The notes below the pieces were generated by a model, which had not been told where the DNA came from, searched no databases, and saw only the letters and a list, made by a program, of their open reading frames with translations. A stretch of 64,000 nt of DNA. Source: Mobula hypostoma (Eukaryota). The position numbers were made by a program, and so were the translations under genes. Shown here piece by piece: positions 24,701-35,385 of the stretch. Position 1 is the stretch's first letter. Every line of letters begins with the position of its first letter. The DNA is taken from NCBI RefSeq assembly GCF_963921235.1, contig NC_086120.1, positions 24,862,001-24,926,000 of the forward strand, in the 5' to 3' direction.

Positions 24701-25803
24701 TGTCTCCACTTGGCCCACTGTACATGGCTAGGATTTTTTTTAACTACCTAATTAGTTGCCAATTTTTTACTATTCCACAGCTATCATCACCCACAGCCCC
24801 ATCGAGTAGTTATCCAATTCAGCTATTAAACTTGCTTGCACATTCCACATCACAACTCACTGTACAAATACATTCTAATCTTTCCTTTTACCAATTATGA
24901 TAAATCTGTGCTGTCTTTGGTTTTTTTCTTTTTGCTAACTCCTGGAAACAGTAGTCCTTAGTTTCTCCATAAAAACCATAATAACCTTTAATGTTCTTTG
25001 TGAAAATATAAATTCTCCTCTCAGCCGTTTTGCCACCAGATTAATTCCACAGGGACAAAACTTGAAGAGACTAATTGCATTCTCAAAGTCAATACAGAAT
25101 AAAATCCAAAACCCTTCCCTATTGGCCACTCCACTAAACAAAATGTTATGACAAAGCTAAAATTCCTCACATGGAACTCAGCTCTACACTAAACTCTAAA
25201 AACCCAATCAACATCAACTCAACTTACTCTCAAAGCAAAACCTCTCTTTCTTCCTCCTCACCCGCACTGCAGTCCTCCGAGACTTCCATTCCACTCACTC
25301 TGCATGGATTCTGTTAAAACTACAATTCTCGATTAGTCATTCAATCTTACAACCTGCACTTGGACACAAGAAGAAACTGGTCTAAAAGGCTGACTTCCAA
25401 ATCAGATAAAGAATGGCAGCCACACTTGATTCACATAACATTTGCCTCATCCCATCTCAGCTACACAAGCCTCCTCTCACTCAGTCTCACCTTACCTTAG
25501 GAATATATTCTATTGTTTTTAAAGCAGTTTCATTTTAAATACATCTCTGCTTGTTCCCTCAACTACTCCCTGTGGGAACAAATGGTACATTTTCACCACT
25601 GAGGCAAATGTTTCCGCTGATTCTACTTATTAAAGACCCATCTTATCTGTATCTCCTCTAAATAGCACATTAAATAGCTTCATAAAGTTTCAAGCTTCTT
25701 CAGCATTCAGTTTTCCTGCAGAAAGAAAGCGCCAGTCTGCCCAATTTTCTGGCAGATGTTCATAGATGGCAAGCGTCAAAATAATAACATGAAGTATCCT
25801 AAC

Positions 25804-25862
25804 CCATTCATCGACTCTAGTTTCTGCAGTGACATCTCCTCTGAAAGATCCAAGCAGATGAT
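25804..25862 (-). CDS. BABAM1: BABAM1 coding exon 2
   Basis: cttcacag|IICLDLSEEMSLQKLESMN(G)|gttagg. 59 nt. Confidence 0.96.
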
Positions 25863-26968
25863 CTGTGAAGAGAATGAGACAAGACTTGAAGCCAGACCTT
25901 TTGCAGTCTGAGCCTACATGATAGACACATCGCTGACCCATGACCCAGATCTAACCCACTCAGCAAAACATTGCAATGCTTAAAACCTTACTCTAATGTA
26001 ACTAGGACCATCACACCATGACACACAAAACTGGTGCTCAAAAGAAATCACACTTTAAAAATGTCTACAACACACAGAAACCATCTTCCTTGTTAGCGGC
26101 ACTCTCCATAAACTGCAACTTTGTCAGTAATCCAGGATAAACTTTCACTTGGGCTGCCTTCAGTCCTTCAATCTCACTGTCCTACACATGCTTCAACATA
26201 AAATACATTTAAATATATCCCAATCTCCTCATTGTAGATCGTCCCTTCTGCTGTTTCTGATGTATCCTCATCTCTCTGTATACATCCTTCTATGCAACAG
26301 CCATCTGTGATGATCAGAACCCCAATAAAAGGACCTTGGGCTGTAAATCCTTTCCCTGAAAGTTTGCTATACAGTAATCACTATCAAACCTGGCTTTTCC
26401 CCTCCCCACATACAACACCCATTGGGATTATGGAGAAATATTTGTCATAATTTGGATATTTCCATCTACAGAATTAGGTTAGGAGCCAGGATGGAAGTAG
26501 TTTGGGTCACATAATGACTGAGCACTCAACACACCAGCTTCATACCTACAGAGGGATACTGTACTAATAATCCAAGTTGCATAATCCTTATTCCTAATTT
26601 ATTTCTTATAACTCAATTATAATGTAATGAGTGCATTAGCTTTCTAACCTCTCTATACACAAAAGGCCATTTCAAATCTAACTAATTCCCTCCCGCAAGA
26701 CAACCAAATTCCATTTATCAATCAAGGTCATTCAAAACTTCCCCTCCTTTCCAGATAACTCATACATTAAAATGTCTCCAGCTTTCGATTCTACATTACA
26801 TACTCTTCAGATTTTATTACATAGCTTCCTGCAGAACAGAAGTGCACCATCACAAAAGTTTAGTAACTGATTCGGTCAACATGCACTACAATAATTTTCC
26901 CTAATTATATATTTTATTTCCAAACAGTAATTGACCAGTTTTTTAAAAGCAAACACAACAGAACTTAC

Positions 26969-27658
26969 CACTTTCTCTGGGCAGTTAACCTTTGGGGTCC
27001 TGATCTGAATCTCAGGCTGGGGTTGACTTTGGAACCGCAGTTGAGATTGGAATTGGGGCTGACTCTGGGATTGGGGAAGGGCTGAAGACTGACCTTGAGG
27101 CAGGGTCTGGTTTTGAAGCTGAGGTTGGCTTTGAGACTGGGGCAGCGACTGAGGTTTGGACTGGAATTGGGACTGAGACTGAGACTGGGGCAGTGACTGG
27201 GTTGGACACGGGGGTGTAGGTTGGGACTGACTTTGGGTTTGGTTTGCGGTTTGGGGTGGATTGGGGGACTGATTTGAAGACTGGGACTGGAATTTACTCT
27301 GGGATTGAGTTTGAGTTATGGACTGGGGCTGGAACTGGCTTTGAGATTGGGACTGGGGTTGAGACTGGTTCTGGGTCTGGAACGAGGGCAGACTGTGGGC
27401 TTGGGCCTGGGCCTCCTGTTCCTGCTGCCTCCTCCGACTACCCCTGGTCCTTCCCCCGACTCCTGGGCTCTCAGTTCCAGCCTCTCCATCTCCTTCTCTA
27501 CTGCCCGACTGCGCCCCCTGACCGGGCGGATCCTGTCTGTCCTCTGCGCCCTCGGGGTTGGACCGGGTACTCGGCCGCTGAACGCTCGGGCCCGAAGCCT
27601 GGGGCTCGGGTTCAGAACCGGCCGGCGCCTCTCGGCCTTCCTCAACGGGCGCCGACAT
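26969..27658 (-). CDS. BABAM1: BABAM1 first coding exon with expanded Q/S/P-rich N-terminus
   Basis: MSAPVEEG...TRSNPEGAEDR (tankyrase-binding motif)...IQIRTPKVNCPEKV|gtaagt. 690 nt, phase 0. All 8 exons sum to 1392 nt, or 463 aa plus stop. Confidence 0.92.
27011..27382 (-). repeat. BABAM1: Coding hexamer-like repeat (CAGTCY/CAATCY) encoding an SQ/TQ cluster
   Basis: Repeated gactgg/gactga/gattgg units on the plus strand. The protein has recurring LPQSQSQxQFQ units. Confidence 0.9.
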
Positions 27659-27689
27659 TTCTCCACTACAAACACCAGGGCGGAAATCG

Positions 27690-27870
27690 TCCTTAATGGT
27701 TTCTGGGAGATGTAGTTCCTCGTCTTCAGTTTCCGCCTGTGAAATCAAAAGAAGGACTACAATCCCAGAGGAAACAGTGGCGCCGCTATTTTGTAGTTCC
27801 TGATGCCTCTTTCCCATTGCACTCAACGAGAAATAAACTACATCTCACAGAATGCTGCGTGAAACTTCGC
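27690..27870. promoter_or_regulatory. BABAM1 promoter (probably bidirectional) with clustered ZNF143/SBS-type motifs
   Basis: ACTACATCTCCCAGAA (minus, 27701-27716), ACTACAATCCCAG (27756-27768), partial GGAACTACAAAA (minus, ~27789-27800) and ACTACATCTCACAGAATGC (27837-27855), all next to a CpG-rich exon. Confidence 0.8.
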
Positions 27871-28767
27871 CAGAGCATGTCTTTCGTTTTATCATCTATC
27901 TTGTTATATGATTACCGTAAATCAATCTATTTCTAAAAGGCTCATCCATTCCAACACAATGTATGACAACTCATGGATAACCAGAAAATACTAATTTATT
28001 TCCTTTCTTACTTACGAGAAGGGAACGATTTTTTGTTTCTCAACTTTTATTGTAGTGAATTATGGTCAGGGAGGGCAAGTATATCTTTAATTGTAGCTGT
28101 TAACCTCTATATGTGGAAATCTCTCCTAATTTTGGCTGCTTTAGAAATTCGTGTTGGGATTTTAGAAATTCCACTGTTTTATTTCTGCTACTTGATGATG
28201 TGTAAACTATGATTCTAATCAATTAAACCCATTGTTGATTAGATCCCACACACAGACTGGGGTCAAAAGTGTTCCAATCTTCTCCGTCTTCCTCACTGTA
28301 CACCTTACCTTCAACAAGTATCCCGCTGGACTGGGACTGATATACAGAGTGAGCTGGACATTGTTTAAATTTTATTAACACTACTCCAGGACCATTAGCC
28401 ATATCTCATTTATAGTAAACAGACTATACTGATTTGCATAAGTGCATAATTGGAGCTGCAAGTTATTAATCCTTTCATTGGAAAAATAATTAACTCTTTC
28501 ATTTGCCCCGCAATAAAAATTGTTATCTTTGCTGTTAATTTTCATTCTACTTTCTCCTTCACACGTTCTATCTCTGACTCCTTCTTGAATTCTGTCTCCA
28601 GTTCAGCGATAGGTTAACAACTAGATAATCTATTGCAGGCCACAACTCTGTAGCCTGTTTCTACGATTCCTATACTATACCACAAGTTTCTTTGTCTCTC
28701 TCGCTCGGTGCTTCCAAGTTGAAATTCCTTTTTCCACAATTGTGGTTTCTTCTCTGCTCGAGTTGAC

Positions 28768-31407
28768 ATAACTGAAATATTAAATAAACAACACTCCTCC
28801 CTGCTTAGCTATAAACTCCAACTCAACATAGAATGCAAATCAACTATATACACAGTGAAATACAGCTATTATATAGACATCCACAGCATAGTAAGTTTTA
28901 AATTGTCCCATTCAGGCTGGAAGATTTTATTGCTGTGGAGGCTTTCTTACTCTTGTGGGATTACGTTCTTCCTGACAAGGGAATCACTCTGCTCGGCATT
29001 TGAGACAAGGTGGCTGTGAAACAATCTCAGGTTCTGAGGCCTCTTCCATGGTGTTTGTAAAAGTTGGCTCTGAGACTGCAGGAAGTGGTTCTGACAGCTC
29101 AGGACACCCTTCTTCTTCTTTTCTCTCTCTGGGTCCACTTCCATCCCTTTCTTTCTCTTTCTCACGTTTCTTCTTTCCAACTCTTCCTTCCTTTTGTTCT
29201 CATTTATGCATCTTGATCTTGGGAAGGTCTACTTAGTTCACTGGCGTATCCTCTTATATACTTCATTGCTCCCTTTATGATCTGATTTGTTTCCGCATCA
29301 TCTAACAACGTTTTTGTTTCTCCATTGACTCTTTTTGGCCGTCCATTCATCTAGCTGGTCTTTGCATTTACTTTTACAAGCAGCTTTTTGTCTCCCATTT
29401 GAAGTTCATGCAACAACCTTAATGCACCCAGAGTAGATTCTGGTTCTTTACACTCACAAAAGCCGAATGCTTGCAACTTTCCTGAAGCTTGTTAAACTCT
29501 CTTCCAGCTTAAAACCAAGCCACGTTTTGCAAGAAACTGCCTGACTAACGTATCAGAAGCTTTCGCAGACAGGTTGCCTACGAAAACTGTCGTAGTCGGG
29601 CCAGTGCTTTCGTCACTTTCACGCTTCCTCTGAGCAGCAAGGTTGTTCCTTGTTGCAATATGCTTTCCAACCAGAGGCACAGAGGTTGGCACCAACACCT
29701 GCGCTTGTCCTCTTTTGGGCAATGGTGTTTGGCATGGAGACAGTTGTGGCATCATCCTGTATCTTTCTTAATTCACTTTAAGTTGGCTTCATTGCATGGG
29801 ATGTGTCATGCAAATGGTGGATGGATCTTTGATCAAGTTGTAATTGTAGTTGTTTCAGCCAATCATGACCCCACAATGCTGGTCCTTCTGTTTTTACCAC
29901 ATACAAGCTCAATGTGGCTTGTTGGTTGTTGTATTTCACTGTTACAATGTCATTCCCACAGGAGTTATCTATTCTCCAGTGTAAGTCCTTAGTTGGATAT
30001 CTGCAGGCTTCAGTTTAGTATCTTAGAAATGCTTTTCAAACTCATTTTGTGGGATGACTGAAACAGCAGAACCAGTGTCCAATTTCATTTTAATTAATTT
30101 GCCATTCACTTCTGGTGTAAGCCATATTGCTTGTCTATTGTTAGTTTTCAAGGCTCCCTAGTCCTGTATCACTCTCATCATTGTCAGAGTTTTCATCAAC
30201 AGCATAAAGATCAGAGCTCTTTTTGAAACTGCAACTTGACTTTTTAACTTTTTCTCTTCACTGAGCGGTCCATTTATTTTTGTCCGCCTGACATGCTCTT
30301 TATATGTGTCCTACTTTGTTGCATTTTCTGCAAGTTTCACCTTTAAATCTGCATTTGTTTGGTGTATGTGAGCGCCTGCCATTGAGGTGACACAATTTGT
30401 CTGGCCAGCCAGGTTTCTGTTTAGACGTTGCAATTTTTGTTCACGCTCACTTTCATCCCTGACTGCAACTCAGTTGTGTCTCTGTCTGATGTTTCAATTG
30501 ATACAGCAATCTTGACTGCTCTTTTAAATGTAAATTGTGCTCAGTTAGGAGCCATTTTTGAATGCTTTCTTTTAAGATTCCACAAACGAAACGATCTCTT
30601 AGTGTATCATTAAGTCCATTACCGAACTGACTGTACTTAGATACTCTCTTCAATTTTGTCATCTATGCTGAAATGGACTCCCCTTCTTTTTGATCGCACT
30701 TATGAAATCTACAGCATTCTGCAATCAACAATGGCTTTGGTTCTAAGTGTTCCTGCAGTACTTTGACAATAGCAGTGGTTTGGTTGGAGCAGTCAAATGT
30801 AGAAGCAATCTGTATGCCTTTAAACCCATTGCATTTAGCAAAATTGGTACTTGTTTCTCTTTGGTTATTTCATTTGCTTCAAAATGCTGTTCCAATAGCT
30901 CAGTACACATGAACCAATTAATCAAACTCATCAATCTTTCTGGTGTATCCAGCCACGTTTGCTTTTTTTTTTAAATGATTATTATCCGATACTCACTCCT
31001 TATGAACCCAGAATTATTCCACTTACTACCTTTTTTGTTTACCTTGATCGTGTCTTCCCTTCCAAAGACCGACTCTGCACGTGCTGGGCTGCTTTTATTT
31101 TTACTTGCTGCATTTCTTTCTTAGCTTGAACGTCTCACTGCTCTTTAATGGGTCGGCAGCTGTGTCGGGTTAATTCTAAAAGGACCTCATCGCCAAAATT
31201 AAACTAAGTCAAAGGAAAACCCAGGAATCTGGGAATGTGGGTGTAACTTTGTCGAGGCTCGCATGCATCATGTGGTAGCGTGATGACATGCAATTAATGT
31301 ATTTGACAGATAACCTGTAATTAATTACTTAATGGAACAAGAATGCTTAATCAACCAACATGTATACAAAATTGCTCAAATGTTACTGAAATATTAAATA
31401 CACAACT
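28768..31407 (-). mobile_element. Gypsy/Ty3 LTR retrotransposon, non-autonomous and decayed, carrying an RBM25 fragment
   Basis: 5' LTR ~31197-31407, PBS TGGCGATGAGG (~31185-31195), gag (LRDRFVCGI; HFEANEI...LLNAMG) and protease (KLDTGSAVSVIP ~30050-30090). PPT gcagggaggag is followed by a 3' LTR remnant actgaaatattaaataaacaac (28771-28792) matching 31385-31406. Confidence 0.85.
29110..29698 (-). pseudogene. RBM25: Processed RBM25 fragment (RRM region) inside Gypsy element
   Basis: VLVPTSVPLVGKH...GPTTTVFVGNLSAKASDTLVRQFLAKRGLVLSWKRV*QASGKLQAFGFCECKEPESTLGALRLLHELQMGDKKLLVKV...QIIKGAM..IRGYASELSRPSQ is contiguous, with stops and frameshifts. Confidence 0.9.
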
Positions 31408-32264
31408 GCATAACTTCTGATAGTTCATTTCTTCCATTCCCTCCCCCTTTCGACAGCTAGATGGCATCATTCCCTTTGGAACTCTTTGGTTCACACTTGC
31501 ATCTCCTACTTCCCACAGAACTGCAGGAGAAGCAACACCTGCCTTCCCACCAGGTAACCAAACGACTACCTGTGTATCATGTTCATGGTGTGATCTCCAT
31601 TTGAGGAAGCCATTGCCATTAAGAGTGACCTGGAATTTCTGGTTGTCTGTCACTTTGATTTTCCATCCCATTCCTGTTCTGACCTTTCTATCTTTCAGTC
31701 TTTACTGATTCCACTGAAGCACAACATAAGTTCAAGGTGTTCCAGCACGGCATGTTACAGCCCTTGGGAGTGAATAATCTATTCAACAACTTTAATATCT
31801 CGTTCCAATTGTGTACATTTCCAGCATTCCGGTTTCTTTCTTCTGCTAATTTCAGATTTCATACTTCCCCTCTTATACATACACCCTGCAGACATATCTT
31901 TAGTTTCTTACCTGCCTTTACCATCCTTCTCGAGCAGGCATCACCCCCCTTTCATCACTCCAAATCACCAGCTCCAGCACTGCTTCTTTTGGTCTCCAGC
32001 TTAACACAGACCTGCCTTTTGCTCTCCCCACTTCCTTTGCACCTTAAAACAAATTTTAAATTCAAAGTTCTCTCAGTTCTGACAAAAGGTCATCAACTTT
32101 AAATTTATTTTCTTCTCCACAGATGGAACTTGATCTGTGGAGTACTTTCTGTTTGTAATCCAGGAGCCCTTTCCCACCACATCATAACACTAACCCCAAT
32201 TAATATTCTCAATGAATCCCTTTAAAATCTGGAAATTATCCAGTTTCTTGGGAGCCACCTGTCA

Positions 32265-33570
32265 GGACTTGGAGCTTGTCATTGACGTCTTGGAGAGGGT
32301 TCAAAGAAGGTTCACAAAAATGACTCTGGGATTGAAGGGCTTATCATATGAGGAGTGTTCGATGGCTCTGGGCCTGTACTCACTATAATTCAGAAGAATT
32401 GGGGGGTGGGGGGATCTCATTGAAACCTATCAGATGTTGAAAGGCCTCAATAGAGTAGATTTGGAGATGATGCAGACATACCACCTCTCCCGGAAGTTCC
32501 AGGAGTCTCTGGCATATTGATAGTGGCTCCCTGACGCCCGCAAATTATATACAATATCCCGGAAATCGATTTTTTTTAGAGCGAGCGAGAGAGAGAGAGA
32601 GCGAGTGACAGAGAGAGCATCCTGATTGATCTCTCTTTGTGCTAAGTAGACCTATCAGTTTTCTCTGTGGGCGGGCTTTACAGTCGATCTCTCTCTCTCT
32701 TTCATTGTCCATCAGTTCAGTTTAGTGTCCTGCAGCGCCATGGCAGAGTGTTCCAAAAAAAGAAAATATAAAACGTACTTCACCCCAGACTACACTAAAG
32801 TATACTCCTGCCTACTAGGGGTCAAAAATAATGACAGTGTTGCGCACTGCACTGTTTGCAACAGTGACTTTTCTATTGCCCATGGTGGGTTAAATGACTG
32901 TAAAAGACATGTTGGGGTGAGTCCTGGATTATGTCTCAACTAACCTTGAAAAACTGGTGTCAAACTACAAAAGTTTGCCTGTTGATGGATTCTGAGCACA
33001 GGACAGTTGAGATTCAAAGAGCTCTGCCAGTTGATGAAGCTGCTTTTGGTGCTGTCAAATTCTAATTGTGATGTAGAAAGGGCATTCAGCATGGTGCATC
33101 ACATTAAGACAGAACTCAGAAGTCAGCTGTCTCACAAAACACTTGTGATTCTGATGTCTTGCAAAATTAACAAATTCATTGACACAGACTGCTATGAGGT
33201 TGAGACTTCCGGTTGAGACCTCCCTGAAATGAGTTTTTGCAGGGTGGGATGTCTGGGGATGTTTCCTATAGTAGGGGAGTCTAGCACCAGAGGACAGTCC
33301 CAGAATAGAAGGACGTCCATTTAGAACAGAGATTAGAAAGAATTTCTTTAGCTGGAGAGTGGTAAATCTGTGGAATACATTGCCACAGGTGGCTGTAGAG
33401 GCCAAGTCATTGGGTATATTTAAGGCAGAGGTTGATAGATTCTTGATTAGTCAGGGCATGAAGGTGGGAGATTGGGGCTGAGAGGGAAATGGATCAACCA
33501 TGATGAAATGGCGCAGCAGACTCAATGGGCTAATTGGCCTATTTCTGTTCCTAAATCTTATGGTCTAATG
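32265..33570 (+). mobile_element. CR1 (HER1-like) LINE 3' fragment split by a hAT element
   Basis: LERVQRRFT...GDLIETY...FFSWRVVNLWN and a typical 3' end. The sequence resumes at 33256. Confidence 0.85.
32473..33255 (+). mobile_element. hAT transposon, internally deleted (BED finger plus dimerisation domain)
   Basis: TIRs cagacataccacc / ggtgggatgtctg. BED-type AHCTVCNSDFSIAHGGLNDCKRH and hATC-type LLLVLSNSNCDVERAFSMVHHIKTELRSQL. Confidence 0.9.
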
Positions 33571-34586
33571 ATCTATGGGCTACCTTTGGCTGACTAATAA
33601 ACAGGGAGATCAAAGATCAAGATTTAAAGTCATGGTCTACTCGAAGGAAATGATTCCAAAACTGCTGCATACTTGTGAATCACAGTTCAATGTGCAAGAG
33701 ATATACTGCCAAAGCTGTCTCTGCAAAATGCTTCAAATCCATTGGGAGGATGTCTGCATCTTCTTCCAGGTCCACATCCCCCGCTGTGAGGATCAAACCA
33801 TGCGTTGTAGCTAGAGTTGAATAAACATGTGAGGGGAAGGGATAGGAGGCAGTAGTGACTGGAGAAGATGTGAAGGGAAGGGAGAAGGTTAGTGTGGGAT
33901 AGATTCACAAGCATGGAGCAGAGAAGTCACATGATATGTTCAAATTCAAAATCCTGCAGATGCTGTAAACCTGAAATAAAAAGAGAAAATGCAGGGAAAT
34001 ACTCAGCAAGTCGAGTACAGGGAGAGAATTAATGTTTCAAGTTGATAGAATAGGTTTAATGTGACCAAAATGAAAAGACAGGATATCAGTGTTTGTGAAC
34101 TCACGTTGGGCTTCATTGGACTAGTCTGAGAGGCCAAAGACAAAGAGATCAGATTGCAGATGAGGTGGACAATTGAAGTGAATGGTAACTGGAAGCTCAG
34201 GGTTATCCTTGCAGATTGAATGAAGGGGTTTTGCAAAACTCATGCATGCCACTTATAGTACAACAGACTGAAGAATGATCTGTTTCTGTACATGTAATTC
34301 TACTCACTTGACAATTTCTTATGTGTTGCCTTTTGCTCTTTGAGGGTTAATCTGAAAGAGGATGTTAAAATCCAGAGATTGTTGACTTGGAAGCAGCACC
34401 AGAGGAAGGGCACTTCCGACCTTTGCCGAGACAGGAAATCCCAGGGACTGCCAACGACTAGCCTTTTGTTTCACAAATTGAACAAATCTCTAAGTTGAGG
34501 TTGCAACCCAAAAGAGAGTGAAGCCTGGGCAGAGCAACAAACGGCAAGAAGCCATAAAGGCCAACCTCTCCTTTACCTTTCTCCAG

Positions 34587-34622
34587 AACGAAAGGAGTTG
34601 GAGTTTCTGCTCAGGAATGGAG
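34587..34622 (+). CDS. USHBP1: Candidate USHBP1 start-codon exon (ATG GAG at 34617-34622)
   Basis: Strong acceptor ctcctttacctttctccag and donor GAG|gtatgg. Phase 0 joins in frame to the 38272 exon. There is no homology support. Confidence 0.5.
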
Positions 34623-35094
34623 GTATGGTCTTATAGTGTTATACTCTCTGTCACTCAAATTGATCCTGAAGACATAATAGGCTGGGATCAAATGCTGGTA
34701 GATGGGATTAGTATGGATCAGTACTTGGTGATCAAGGTGGACAGACTGGGCCTGTTTCTATGCTGTATTCTCTCATTCGGGGCATTGGTGTCTGATCTAT
34801 TAAAGCCCAATAGCTCTGGCGTGGGGCTCCCATCCTGGGATCGGGGCTAAGCCATGCTGGATTAGCCAAAACAGGGACTGATACAACTCAATTCTACTTG
34901 CAAGTCAGACATTCATGGGTTCAAACCCAACGAGAAAGACAATGTCTAGGCTGACTTTGCTGTTCTGCTCTGTCAGATGCGACGTCTTTCTGATGAGAGG
35001 CTAAACCTGAGGTCCGGTCTGAGAAGAGCAGGTTGGTTCTCTCCGCCCTGCTGCCTACTCTTAATTCCCAAGCATTAGAGCTAAAGAACAGATT

Positions 35095-35385
35095 GTGTTG
35101 TAATGGTGTAGCAGCTGGTGTAGCGTCATTACAACACCAGCAACCCGTGTTCATTTCCACCGCTGTCTGTAAGGAGTTTGTACATTCTCCTCGTGAAGAC
35201 GTGGGTTTCCTCTGGGTGCTCCGGTTTCCCTCCACATTCCGAAGACGTACAGGTTACGGTTGCTAAGCTGTGGACATTCTATGTTGACACTTGCAGGCTG
35301 CCGCCAGCACTTACTTGGACTATGATGATTGTCGAAGCGAACGACATATTTCACTGTATGTTTCAATAAATAAAACTGATCTTTT
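35095..35385 (+). mobile_element. tRNA-derived SINE (V-SINE-like)
   Basis: Same central domain as the 12105 and 63128 copies (ctgtaaggagtttgtacattctcc...ccacattccgaagacgtac). Confidence 0.7.

Noticed and set aside
27244-27715. Plus-strand ORFs of 136-150 aa (GLGLEL.. / GTGTG..)
   Set aside because: These are antisense shadows of the BABAM1 SQ repeat and GC-rich exon.
27659-27826. 56-aa N-terminal extension of BABAM1 (MSAMGKRH...) in the ORF track
   Set aside because: It runs through the ZNF143-motif promoter cluster and has no homology. The ATG at 27658 is the more plausible start.
29110-29698. Functional RBM25 gene
   Set aside because: It is partial, intronless, has stops and frameshifts, and is embedded in an LTR element.
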